From: Octopus sinensis
Taxonomy: Eukaryota
Length of the DNA stretch: 64,000 nt
Direction of reading: 5' to 3'
NCBI RefSeq assembly: GCF_006345805.1
Contig: NC_042999.1
Location: 111,228,001 to 111,292,000 of the forward strand
The translations under genes were made by a program, and so were the position numbers. Shown in pieces: positions 28,746 to 41,392 of the stretch (its first letter is position 1; every line of letters begins with the position of its first letter). The notes beneath the pieces are model-generated. The model was given only the letters and a program-made list of their open reading frames with translations. It ran no database searches and was not told where the DNA came from.

Positions 28746-29130
28746 ATACATGTATACATACTGTTATATCGCAATATTGCACAGTGGCTGTGTGAGCTAC
28801 GACATCCTCGTCGCCACTGTTATATCGCACGTTCGGATGACCTCTACTCAACTCCTCGTCGTCTAGACTTCTCCCTCTATATCTGCGTATTGGGAAAGCC
28901 TACTTCATCGTCTTGGGGCATCGACACAACACATACATACATACATACATACATACATACGTAGGTACATACATACGTAGATGCATGCATGCGTGCGTAC
29001 ATGCGTGCGTATGTATTTATGTATACACATAATTGTTTACGACAATTATATTCATTAATGAAAGCGTTTAAATAAATCATTGCGAAACACTGCTGCCAAA
29101 GACTCACAAAATATTACACACACACACACA

Positions 29131-29179
<49 letters not shown>

Positions 29180-29861
29180 GCTCACACAGAACACATGTTT
29201 ATACATGTATATATAACACACGTACAAATATATGCACAGATGTGTGTGGCTGTGCGTGTGTGCTTAAGTATAGGGGACTGAAACGGATCAAAACATTAAC
29301 TACTGAAAACGGCAAAGTCATGTTTAACATCTCATCTTTTTGTATACACATGATGACATTGGTGAATATCTCTTTCCTTAACTTTTAATCATCATAACTT
29401 ATATATTAATGAAATATGAACGAGAGAGAGAGACGAAAAAATAATTGTATAATAACATTTAAATATTCATAAGAAAGTTTGAAATACATAGTGAATTAAC
29501 TTTAAGACATTTAATAACAATTAAACATTTATAAGAAAAATGAAACACTTTCATTTGTTTTTCTTGATTTACATGGTCATATCTCCCCATTTCTTTAAAA
29601 CTATACTTGGTTTTAAAATATTGCCATCACAAGAAGTGTTAGACTTTCGAATGGAAAAATTAGACAAGCAAATATGTGTTTAAAGAAGAAAACAAAAACA
29701 ATGCGAGTATACGACCGAACAGAATGGAAGCTATACGGTCAGAGTTGTAGGTCTTCAGGAAAGATGATGTCCAAAATGAAGAATAACAGCATATGACTCT
29801 ATTGAGGTTTCAGATTGATCGAAAAGGTTGTTTAAAGTTTTGCTAACATGAAGAAACACTT

Positions 29862-29921
<60 letters not shown>

Positions 29922-30012
29922 ATTATACACGCACACACATACACACACACAGACGTACACACAAATACACATATGTATACATTGACCTTTGTCTCTAAAT
30001 CTATCTGTCTGC

Positions 30013-30070
<58 letters not shown>

Positions 30071-31475
30071 GTGCGTGTATGCGTCTGTACAGCTGTTATC
30101 AATATGCTATACGTATTAACAACAACATATTAGATTTTATAGCAAGTTCAGTGTAATTACTATTATTATTATTACAACTATTGTACAACATTTACCATGT
30201 ACTACAGCTATTAGCAACTTGGTAAATACAACTACAGTTACCAGACTGCTGTCGCTATTAACAACCTTCGGAAAAAAACTAAGCAACATATGGTTCTTTC
30301 TATCAATAAAATATTGTTTTTTATTACTTTTGTGTTGTTTTACCATATTCATTTATTCTAATGCATTTTTCGTTGCATCAATTTGGCATTTCTTTCCCAT
30401 AATTCAATCTTTGCATTGTTTTTTTTCTGCTATGCATCATCTAATTTACTACCAACCTTAACCTTTTCCTAATATGTTTCACATAGATATTTCCACTAAT
30501 TAAGATTGCTTTTGTATATAACATAATTTCTTTGACGATGTGCACAAGACAATAATTATTGCAGAATGAAGCAAGATGTGGAAAGAACACAAAAAGGAGA
30601 AAAGAGAAATTAAAGAAAACAAACTAGCAATAAGGAAAGTGAGAAAGACCGAAAGAAAGCAGAGCGGAGCAGAGAAGAGGAGGGAACTATGAGAAATAGA
30701 CAGACAGACAGGCAAGCAGACAGAAGACTAAAAGAAAGACGATAGAAATAAAGGCTAAAACGGAAAATTAACAAAATGACAAAATAAATGCCAACTCTAG
30801 TTGGAATGAAAGAACGATACAAATAGGAGGAAAAAAACAGATGAAAGAAATGAATGGAAGCAAGCGAATAAAAATCATAAATAAACAAAAAATGAAAGAA
30901 AGAAGAAATGATGAAAAATCAGAAAGAATTATCTGGAAAAGTAGACAGTTTTCGTTCCTAAATTAATTTATGTAATGAAGACACATCTAGCATGTTCTTT
31001 ATGTCAGAATGAGTTAGAAGTAGATACTTATGTATAATGATTCCTTTTACTGATTCCCCTTATAGATTGCTGCAGTGCTTAAACATTAGCTCTAATATAA
31101 TTTCTTATCTCTTTTATTTATTTTTTTTTGTCTTAGTTTTTCTTTCTTGCTATTGTTGTGTTTGATTTTTACGTATATGACGGTAATGGTGGCGGGAAAG
31201 GAGGAGGAGGAGGAAACTGGGTGCACCTACAAATATGCATCTTCGCATGAATTGTTGCAGCAGATTTATTCATTCTCAGGTGAGATGACTTTGTTCTTGG
31301 CACTGGAAATCACCATTGGGACTCTGCCACTGATTTAGTTCTATATCTCTCTCATGCTCGTTCTCCTTTTTCTCTCTCTCTCTCTCTCGCTTTTTCTCTG
31401 TTCTTTTCTCTATATACATAACATATATAAATATATTTGTATGTATGTATGCATGTATGTCTGCATATATATATG

Positions 31476-31506
<31 letters not shown>

Positions 31507-32715
31507 GTATGTATATAACTATACATATATTATGTATAGTTTTATATATACTGAAAGCGGAGGAGAGAAAGCGCTATACGGACACACATATACACGCACA
31601 CACACATAGATACCTAAGTATTCTTTAAATATACTCCCGTTCTAACTCTTCGCCCTTTTTCTTTCTGTCTTCTCTCGCTTCCCTCTCGTTCACTCACTCG
31701 CCCTCTTTCTCTCTCCCTCTTTAGACTCATCTACTCTGCAAGTCGGTGTGAAATATAAAAACAAATGTTAACATAGCACCAAATACTGCAAATATTCATT
31801 CTTGATGCTGTGAGGGGACAGATGGAAGGATTCATCCCCAACCCTTTCTCATTCAATGAAAAGAACAAATCAATTAGTTAATATCTAAAGATATCGTGAT
31901 AGGGATGCAATAGCTGGTGCCGGGACAACAAATAATCTCAGCTTTAAACTTGAACATACTGGGATCACTCCAAGTACTCGATCCGCAACAACCTACTGCA
32001 ATGAGCTAGAAAAGAGATCATTCAACAAATCAGATCAGTCAGTCCTCGTTATCCCAACTACACCTAAATGCTTAAATCATTCGAAGCAGCAGGTAGGCCT
32101 GTATGTGGTTGTTTTGCCGGATAGAAATAGCTAACAACGCCACTCAAATCACATTGTAACGTTTTAAATAAATGCGAATGACACATTGTGCAAGGTATTA
32201 TGTTACACAAAAATATGATATGACCATGGTTGGGAAGCCGCTATAGTTTTGTTATGCAAGGAGAAAGACGCAGAGCCCATGAAGCTTATATTGAATGAGA
32301 TTGATGCCATTAATGTTCACCTTTAACAATGTGGTTTATGCCTTGAAGATGTTTCTTGAACATTGTTTCATCAAGTTTTATTTAGTTCGAAGCAACAGTA
32401 TAAACACACTATGTAGCAATGATGGCATCATCGACACCATAAAGTATATTACATAACAAAGAATATTAGTCTACGACTATAACCTCTCTCACTTAGGTAT
32501 TGATATATTATACTGTAATTATCTAATTTCTGTTGTGAAGCTATTGATAGATTTCATGCAAGATGTTAAGGTATATTTCTAATATTTTATTTCGGAAAAT
32601 GACCTCGGTGACTGATCGGTGATAGGAAAAAGAGAGAAAGTTCTTTCCAGACAAAAGATACAGCCCGAATGTTTTCAATCGAGTTGACCCTCCGAAAGGT
32701 AACCAAGGGTTAGGT

Positions 32716-33292
32716 CACCTTGATCACCTTGACCGACCAGTCCGTCGGGCGTCTATTTGACACCGCTGAATCGCGCCTTCCTCATCCACGTGGTCCCAAT
32801 CGTCCTCTTAATATCGTAACTCCACCGTTGTGGAGGCCTTCCGAGTGGTCGTTTCCGCTCGCACGGGTACTACTCGACAACTGAGCAGGTCCACCGATTA
32901 TCGATGAGCCGGGCCACGTGTCCAGCCCAACTAAACTTGCTGCGTGTATATTCTACGATGACATCCCTCACACCGGACTTCTCTCTGATGACCTCGCTAC
33001 TGATGTGCTCTCTCAACGAGTTTCCAAGTATTAACCTCTCCATGACTCTTTGAGCCGTTACCAATCTCTGCTCTTCTCTCTTTGTTGTAGCCCATATTTC
33101 ACTACCATAAAACATTGCAGGTAGAACTATGCTATTGATGAGGTTGGCGCCGGTGGTCCTGTTCAACCTTCCCTTATGCTATTAAACGCCTTCCATCCAG
33201 CCCTTACTCTCCGCGAGATCTCCTTTTCGATGTCTCGGCACATATTCACTTCCTGTCCCAGATAGACATATTTCTTATTTAGTGCAACTATC
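32716..33292 (-). mobile_element. 5'-truncated RTE LINE with a 16-bp target-site duplication
   Basis: YVYLGQEVN..IVLPAMFYGSEIWATTKREEQRLVTAQRVMER..KFSWAGHVARLIDNRWT; tandem CAAGGTGA(T) tail; taaccaagggttaggt at both 32700-32715 and 33293-33308. Confidence 0.93.
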
Positions 33293-34533
33293 TAACCAAG
33301 GGTTAGGTAGTCGCACTAAATAAGTCGATGAACTCAGTCTACCAACCTATAACAACGATATCTCTATCCGGATTCCACAAAAGTTCTGGGTCCCAGATAT
33401 CACTCACATCTAAACATATCATTCAAACATTTAAATACATATACACACAAACGCACACGTTTATGTATATATACATACAAGAATTAACTAAACCCCAGTT
33501 AAGCAGGTAATGATTTGATGAAAATGCAGAGAAAAATATAAAAGACAATGTAGCGACTGATAGACTTTAAGATTTTGTTGATAGAAAAATGAGTTAGATA
33601 TATACTTCTGTTTTTCTCACCGGCACCACCACCACCACACCACCGCCATCGAAACTACCACCTTCTCCGCCAATGACTACGTCACTGCCATTATTTATTT
33701 GGGTGTTACTATTACTAGTAGCCATCATACCATCACCATCACCACTCCAACAGCAACTATCCCAACACAACCATCATATCCACCACAATTACTATCACCG
33801 GTGGCATGTCTACCAGCCCAACCACCAACAGCACTACTGCCAATACAACCGCTATTAAGAGAGAAAAATGTTATAAAAACAGCAGTCACCCAGAAATATT
33901 GTCTCGCCTCATATAAAGAGGTGACGTAAAAATCTTCATAACATAGATCACAATATCCGTGCAGTAAAGAAATAAATTGAAAACAAATATACATATAAAA
34001 AATTATAAATTAACGAAAATCTAAATGAAAAAAATATAAATAAAAAATAAAAATGAAAGATACGATAAATAGATGTTGTAAGATGTCGGTATGTTTGATG
34101 AGATAATAGAGAGAAATATCATGAATTTAGCGCTATAATGCTGGAAGCCAAATGGACAGGATCAAGATTGACTGTTAAACTCATTACAGACACATTAAAA
34201 CAAGAAGGAATATATACCTTTAAGACAATGAATGATAAGCAGTGCAGTAAAATAAGAAAGAACAGATAAAGACAAAAACAGAATTAAAATTTTTTAAAAT
34301 TAAATACCTAACAAAAAATCACAAATACATACATATATATATATTCAAAGACTTTTAGAAGATGCCTTAACTTCATGAACTGTGGGCTGGTTTTAACGTT
34401 ATAGTTTTCCTCAAAAGAAATGTTTAAATTCTTTTCAAATTACACGTACACATATCTATACATATTCTTACATACTGATGTACATCCAAGCATATACACA
34501 CATGCATATATCTGTAAGCATGTGTGTATGTGC

Positions 34534-34568
<35 letters not shown>

Positions 34569-34752
34569 TATGTGCACGTGTATGGCTGTTCTTAGAAGTT
34601 TAACATCTTTAGCTATACTCAACAGACAAATAGATAACTTTAAAAAAATTAATTTAGCTGACTGCTGTTTAACAAGAAAAAGCTCATAACTAGAAAATTA
34701 AATTTAGATTATATATGGTTATTTCGCTGTAGTTATTGTTCTTTTTCTTTTT

Positions 34753-34817
<65 letters not shown>
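34753..34817. repeat. (GTA)n microsatellite
   Basis: Direct reading. Confidence 0.97.
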
Positions 34818-35661
34818 TTATATCCACGTGGATATTTATGAGAACTACTGTTGTTTAGATGCTATTGTTTCCTTAGTTATATAATCCGTAAAGAGCTGGC
34901 GCATGATAAAATATGTTTTAGTCGTGACCATCCAGCCTCCTTAGGAGTAAATAGGACTACAATATCTAACTTGAGGTTTCCCTTTTTTCTTTTCTTTTCT
35001 TTGAGGTGAAGTTCATAAGTTCGAAAAAGTTGATACGGCATGCGAAGCTTGGAATCTAACATCTCTGGGTTGATTCTTCGTGTGGAACAAAAGAGAAATA
35101 AAAATCTCTCCCAGCGAGATGGTCTTTACCAAAGCATTACAATCCCTTCTTATCGTATACTTCATTGTATATCCGAATTTCACTGTATAATCTTTACCAA
35201 ACTAAATAGTCACCAGCTTTCTCGGACTCTACTACGATTCGAGGTTGTGATTTGAGAGATGTTTATTTTGGAGGGGATCCTGCATATTAGGGTTTCTCAA
35301 GGAGCAGCAGGAGGAGGTGAGGTATGGCAATTTGGTGGGTTGTGAGTTACTTCAGAATGAGTCATAAGTAAGTAACAAGGAAATAAAACTGGCAGTAAAG
35401 TTTTGATCAAAACTTCTTTTGACTATATATATATACAGACATGTCCCTCGTTACGGGTACCTCAACTTACGGTATTACGCCCTTATAAAATTTGTAAAGT
35501 ATGACCACTAATTTGGGGATAAGGTTTGTAATTTTGGTTTGACGGAAATTTAGATAAGTTTAACAATAAAAAAAGACTAAACTTTGTTTTATCAAAAATC
35601 CACTTCTTGATGGTTATCCTAATATCAAATTATAGTTAACAATTTGAAAAAAGTATAATTA

Positions 35662-35696
<35 letters not shown>

Positions 35697-35705
<9 letters not shown>

Positions 35706-36490
35706 ATTGGTGAATTGAAGAAATGGAGCTGAACGCAGATTGAACAGAAATCGTTTTATTTCATTCTACACGTGTTTCGAAAGGCACAAATTACCAAAAT
35801 CCGATTGAATAATGGGACCATATTGTGTCTTTCTCTTCAGGAAGAAAAAAGGAAATCCGTTGGAAAAACAAAAACAGAACAGAGGCAGAGCAAAAAACAA
35901 ATCGAACTGTGCTCCTAAGAGCCCATGGCGAAACTGTTTATCAGTGTATGTTGAGAACCGGTGGCTGAAGAATTCAACAGGTCAGGCATCGGTCAAACAT
36001 GTGGGTGAGGGTGTATAGATGTTCTTTGTGACCGAGAATAAAGTTCTGACTATTTAAAGAATATTGGATGTTTTATAAGGGGCGAGAAAAAATCTACTTA
36101 GAGACGTGTGTGTGTGTATACTGTTCTATATATGTGTGTGTTGGCGTAGGGGTAGAAAACATTTTTTGTGTACGTGTGTGCGTTTGATCGTTCGGCTGTC
36201 AGTGGCTACTGCCGTGATAACCGTTGGGTGGCAGAAAGAAAAAAAAAATAAAGAAATTATATATATATATTTTATGTTTTATGTGTGTGTGTGTGTGTTC
36301 ATCTAAGCCTACCTTGACAAGGAAACCCCCCGCTGTGAAAAAACAAGCCCCGTTTGTCTTACAGGAGTAATTTCCCTTGCAGTGGTTAATTGTAGATATC
36401 TTAAAATCTATTTCAGAATTTGTTACCAAGGGCTATGGGTGCCGGTCTTATTTATAAACGCTATTTCTTCAATTCACCAATAATGTTTTA
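35697..36490 (-). mobile_element. PLE-derived insertion bounded by a perfect 28-bp inverted repeat
   Basis: taaaacattattggtgaattgaagaaat (35697-35724) and its exact reverse complement (36463-36490); contains a hammerhead motif. Confidence 0.65.
35759..35848 (-). ncRNA. Type I hammerhead ribozyme, nearly intact
   Basis: Stem I UUUUCUUC/GAAUGAAA (7/8 pairs), CUGAAGA (35840-35834), stem II GAAAGACACAA/UUGUGCCUUUC (10/11 pairs, G-C closing pair), GAAA, palindromic ACACGUGU, GUA triplet. Predicted cleavage between 35767 and 35766. Confidence 0.82.
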
Positions 36491-36636
36491 ATTTCAATTA
36501 TCCGCACCAACGCACGGTTGCAACGCCAGATGGTTGTACCTCCAACCGTGCTGTTCACTGCTGTGATTTTTGCTACTAAGGTATCGGTTAAACTTTTGAT
36601 TAATCTACTACAAGATTATTCATCTTTCTATTTCAC

Positions 36637-36673
<37 letters not shown>

Positions 36674-36707
36674 TGTTTTGAATTTGTGTGAAAGTGTATA
36701 GAATAAT

Positions 36708-36924
36708 TCAGTTGAATAAAGTTAAAACATGGTCTGGTTTCCACGGTTGTTTTATTTTGTAATGCCCATAAAGTTAAATTAGCACTTTCATCATCAAAAT
36801 TCTGTTAAACACATCTGAAATTTGATGATTACACTATGTATGAAGGCGCTAATTTGACTTTATGAGCATTACAAAATAAAAAAAACGTGGAAACCAGGCC
36901 ATTTTTTAAACTTTATTCAACTGA
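36708..36924. mobile_element. Fold-back MITE, 217 bp, Tc1/mariner-like ends
   Basis: About 85-bp imperfect inverted arms (tcagttgaataaagtt..tggtttccacg..ttttgtaatgc.cataaagt.aaattagc), an inner atcatcaaa/tttgatgat pair, and TA after the right end. Confidence 0.85.
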
Positions 36925-38409
36925 TATACATATATACGTACTTGTGTCTGAGAGAGAAAGAGTTGTGAGAAATGTTTATAGCTGAAGCCATAGTTATAAG
37001 GAGAGAAGTGTTTATGAAATGGTGTTCTTTCAACTAATTGTTAACATACAGTCCCTCCTTCTTTTAAAGCATGTACCGTTTATAGAGTGAACAATGCGCG
37101 ACAATAGACAAAGAAAAGTCAAGACTTTAAGAAGCTAAACTGTTCGGACCTCATATTTTCATAGTCTAATGCAATGTTTAAAATAGAACGACTGTAGAAT
37201 GTATTGATCAGGGACCAGATTCACAATAATGTGTCAATAAACACAGTGGTAATTTTTAAAAAATGCCAAACGTTTTTATGGGAATTTGCAGAAAAAGGTA
37301 GATGAAGCTTCTTGTGAAAAATGTTTACTGGCAGTGAAGACTGATTTGAATATTTTTATTGACTTGTTCTTACGTGAAATAATTGCTGAGAATGAAATTG
37401 CATAATTTAGCTCAAACATCGATTTGAGAGTCCAATTTTATGCGTGGCTACTTTTATTAAAAATGGTGGTTGCCAACTTATAATTGAAAGATACAATTAT
37501 ACAGAGTCTATTTATGTAGTAAAACAAAAATGAATTGAATTGTAGATGACCGTCACTGAGTTAAAAGATGACGCAGTGAAGAGGTATTTTGAAAATTAAG
37601 GCTTGTGTAAAAGTATAGTTGCACTGAAATATGAAATTTCTCTTAGTAAAAAATAAATCCAAGAAATTTCTATTGCTTTTACATCATTCTATCTAGCGGA
37701 GAAAAGATTGTGTGCAGTTATCCAAAAATGAGCCAAAAATAGAAAGTTAATATAACCAGTGCACTGATTGTCATTAGAAACAGGGATCACATAAATAAAC
37801 AACGCCTGCTATCTTAATTATTCACATTTTAATCTTGTTGATAAACAATAATTACTAGATTAATTATTCTTATTCTAATCAAATTAACAAACAGTGTAGA
37901 AGTAAAATACTAAATCTGTTTAGTACATTTAAGTTTAATTACCGCTACTTGTATGTTATTACTTTTATTATTGACATAGGGATATCGTAGTGAGTGGGCA
38001 GCATCGTCAGCAGGCTGGACAAATGCTCAGAGGCATCTCTTCCGACTCTTTTCATTCTGAGTTCGAATTTTGTTGTCTTCCTTTCTTTCCAGCTCGATGA
38101 AATAAGACTCAGTTAAAAACTGGGGTTGACGTAATCAACTTGCATTTCTCTTGCTGGCCATGTGCCAAAATTTGAAACCGTTACTTACATAGGGATAATA
38201 TTTCGAGGTGATAATAATTATCCAAATGTTTTAGGTAGCCAATTAGCAAAAAGGTTGGGCAACACTGAACTAAATCATGTTGGCAACTGACAGATAAGTG
38301 TTTTGGACAAGGAAACAGTGTAGTGTTGTTCATAAGTGTGGTTGTTGATCTTGATGTTGTAAGGGTGATTAGATGATGGTCTAGGGCTTAGGGGCTGGAG
38401 ACCCCAAAC

Positions 38410-38584
38410 CTTGGAAAAAAACTTTGGTCGTCTTGTTGTAGTCGAGGGCTCTTCGTTGACGCCCGACACCACTGGGATGTGGCCCTCGGAGTCGCTGGAA
38501 ATGGAGATCTCCAGGTCTAAATTCTTGAACGGCTCCGTTATATGCTGAGTTGATATGGTACGAGGTAAAATGACATTTTGCATT
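38410..38584 (-). CDS. Candidate coding exon of an unidentified host gene (175 nt, phase 2 to 0): MQNVILPRTISTQHITEPFKNLDLEISISSDSEGHIPVVSGVNEEPSTTTRRPKFFSK
   Basis: GC-enriched non-repeat island; acceptor ttattgtatttag|A; donor candidate AAG|gtttgg. The frame stays open to TGA at 38275 if that donor is not used. Confidence 0.6.
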
Positions 38585-39170
38585 CTAAATACAATAAGTA
38601 GACACAAAAACATTTCACGATACTAACGATAAATGGGAAAAATTGTCAGCATATATGAAAAGAAGTTTTCAGCGTTTCTAATTCTTACACAGTCTATTAG
38701 AATACAATCTCAATAAATATAATATTAGATTGCAGGGTTTTAGTTTAAATCACTAGAATAGGTTCTGTTCGCCGTATCTCCACGAGTTAGAGACTCTTGA
38801 GCCATTCGTCTTTCCAGTTCCCGATATCCATCTTGCACTTCACCACCTGCCAATCCTGTACAAACCAACATGTTCACACCTTTCCCCTCAAATCATTGGC
38901 CATTTGTAACCTTCTCTCAGCTTATATCTTGCTTGCAGTTGTCAACCTGCAAAAATTTTAATAGAACATTAACAGCACCAAACCTGCAAAGAGCTTAGGC
39001 ACTGACACTTCCGCTAAACATAACTGTTGAAACAAAATATGGAGTACATGCTACTTTGAAGTCTCTAGCAAATCTGATATATACATACATACACACATAT
39101 AGTAACAAAAAGGATGGATGAGAATTTCAATTATCCCCACGTGGTGAGTTGTAAAGCAATATACACACAC

Positions 39171-39205
<35 letters not shown>

Positions 39206-39289
39206 CATGTATATGTATATATATTGATAAAAATGGTAAGACAACAAAAGAAAGAAAGAGACCTCGATATTATGTAAATAGAGGAATTT

Positions 39290-39437
39290 ATCTGTAAATG
39301 TAATATGTGACAATTATTTGGTAGCCATGATAAAACTCCGAGTTTTATGAAGAGATGGCGGCGTGAATTTTCACCTCGGCATCCGAAACTCTGAGTTTTA
39401 TCATGGCTACCGAATAATTGTCACATATTACATTTAC

Positions 39438-39442
<5 letters not shown>
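39290..39442. repeat. About 56-bp inverted repeat formed by head-to-head fused PLE terminal-repeat fragments
   Basis: Arms 39290-39345 and 39386-39442 are near-perfect; the loop holds ATGAAGA-gatg..catc-c-GAAA, a hammerhead-like core. Confidence 0.8.
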
Positions 39443-39488
<46 letters not shown>

Positions 39489-39499
39489 AAAAGAAGAAG

Positions 39500-40230
39500 G
39501 AAAATGCACGCCGTTTACATATATTTGATATATTTTTATACGTGAAAGAGTATTGTGCTTGTCGACCGGTTTCGCTTCCGCTAATCATATCGTAATTTCG
39601 TATTTTCTTAAGAAGATTGTAGTCCATGTTGTGCGTGGAGATGAATCTTTAATTCTTTATTTATTCACGTTTACATGACTAGTTAATTTTTGACCATTTT
39701 TTCGACAATGTAATTCTCATGGCACTGTTGGTGTATGATAAAGTAGATGAGAGTCTTCGGTTTACAATTCATGTTTTCCTTCACTTTCAGTTCCTTTCCA
39801 TTCTTGAAACTTTTGTTTGTTCCTTGTTCAATTATTAGATATATCCAATAAATAGGCTGTCCTCAGTTCGTTACCTGTAGTATATATTTCTCCGATGTGA
39901 ATCTCGCCTTTCTTCTAAATCTCTCGAGATGTGGCGGTTGACTTTGGTTATTGATGATTTGTGATTGTTTAAAACTATTTATTAGAGGTTTGATGACTGA
40001 TGTAGAATTGGACGATATCGTTTGGCTGAATGTAGGATGCTGTGACTACTTGGATTATGGGTAACTACAAAACTACAAATGGAATATTATATTTACTTTT
40101 TCGTTTTCGCTGCTAATAAGAGTGTTTCTCCGTAAGGTAGAGGTCAGGATTTGTTTCTGCTTTTGCTTTGGCAGGGTGGGGATATTTGTATTTTTGAAGG
40201 AGCATATCTAGTTCTACCAGTCATTTCTCT
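39500..40230 (-). mobile_element. PLE linker and GIY-YIG remnant
   Basis: LVTHNP..SFKNGKELKVKENMNCK.KTLIYFI..CHENYI, paralleling FKQGQRFTVKSNSTCASENL.YV..C.EQYIG at 23090-23220. Confidence 0.7.
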
Positions 40231-41329
40231 CGTCTATATATAATACACAAAATATACATACGAGGCTACTTTCTATCGTCATGCTACTTTTTATCAATTT
40301 GATTTAGTTAAGCTTGTCATTCTATATTTTGTAAGAAAGTTCATATAAGGACTTATGCATATTAGGTTTGAAGTAAATGACAAAGTTGTTTTGAAATATT
40401 GTCTAAATTGTTAGAAATTATTTACGATAATAAATTAAAATGCTAATGAGAAATAAAGACTTGCTTTCGATAAAAATAAGAAAAAAAATTAATGAGATTA
40501 ATATTTTGCAAGAGTTATGCTTACAATTTTAGTCCATATCTTCAGTGTCATTATCAATTTAATATTTGTCGACTTTTATTTCCAGTATGGCTGCTTTGGT
40601 TACAGCTGTCGCCTATAGAGCATCTTTCAATACATCTTCATTTTTCCCTATCTCACCTCTTTAACCTATTTCTGCTTTGAGAATTCTCTAGCATCAACTA
40701 CTCCCAGTTCTTTCCTTAGAATGTTTTATCTATTTTTATTACATCTCTCAGCGCATTTTTTCTTCTATTTCCATACATTGTCGAATACGCATTTCAAGTT
40801 TACAGATGATAAGTCCTTACGCTAAATATAATATTAAAAAATATGTAATTGACTAGTACAGTTCTTAACAAATATAAGCTGTATATATCGTTAATAATAT
40901 ATATCATTAGTAGTATATTAAATGTTAAGGAAACACGGACTAAGAAATTCTAAGTTCACGAAATGCTGAATACTCTAATGAGGTTGTGAATCAATTAGGA
41001 AAATATGTTACAGTTTGTCCTGAGACGGAATGTCATCGCACGGATCCTTCAAAAATTGTTACGAATAAATGTCCATGTGAAATTGGTATGTGTGTACTTG
41101 TGGTAGTGTAGTGATAGTAGTGGTTGTAATAGTGGTGGTGTATGTATGTGTGTGTATGTGCGTGTGCCTGTGTGTATAGCGAATGTATACAAGTGAATGT
41201 AAGAGATGGAGAGAGGGAAAGAGAGATAAAGAGAGATAGAGTTTATGTATGTGAAATTCTGTAAGCATGTGCATTTGTTTAGCTTTATAAAATACTGATA
41301 TATATGTAAACAAATTGTTTTACGAATAC

Positions 41330-41392
41330 CTAGTTGAAGCACTTAAATGTGCGATTTCAAATTCCATTAACATTGATTTTGTCCTTCATCAC
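41330..41392 (-). CDS. Candidate alternative exon; ATG at 41373 gives MLMEFEIAHLSAST plus AG, phase 2
   Basis: Strong pyrimidine tract ttttttttttctttgattctgaaag| and donor TAG|gtattc; joins the 38584 exon in frame (AG|A = Arg). Confidence 0.4.

Noticed and set aside
33620-33860. Pro/Thr-rich ORFs
   Set aside because: Degenerate ACC/CAT low-complexity sequence.
34877-35255. Short ORFs on both strands (MLDSKLRMPYQ.. and MRSLESNIS..)
   Set aside because: No convincing splice sites or motifs; cannot be supported as coding.
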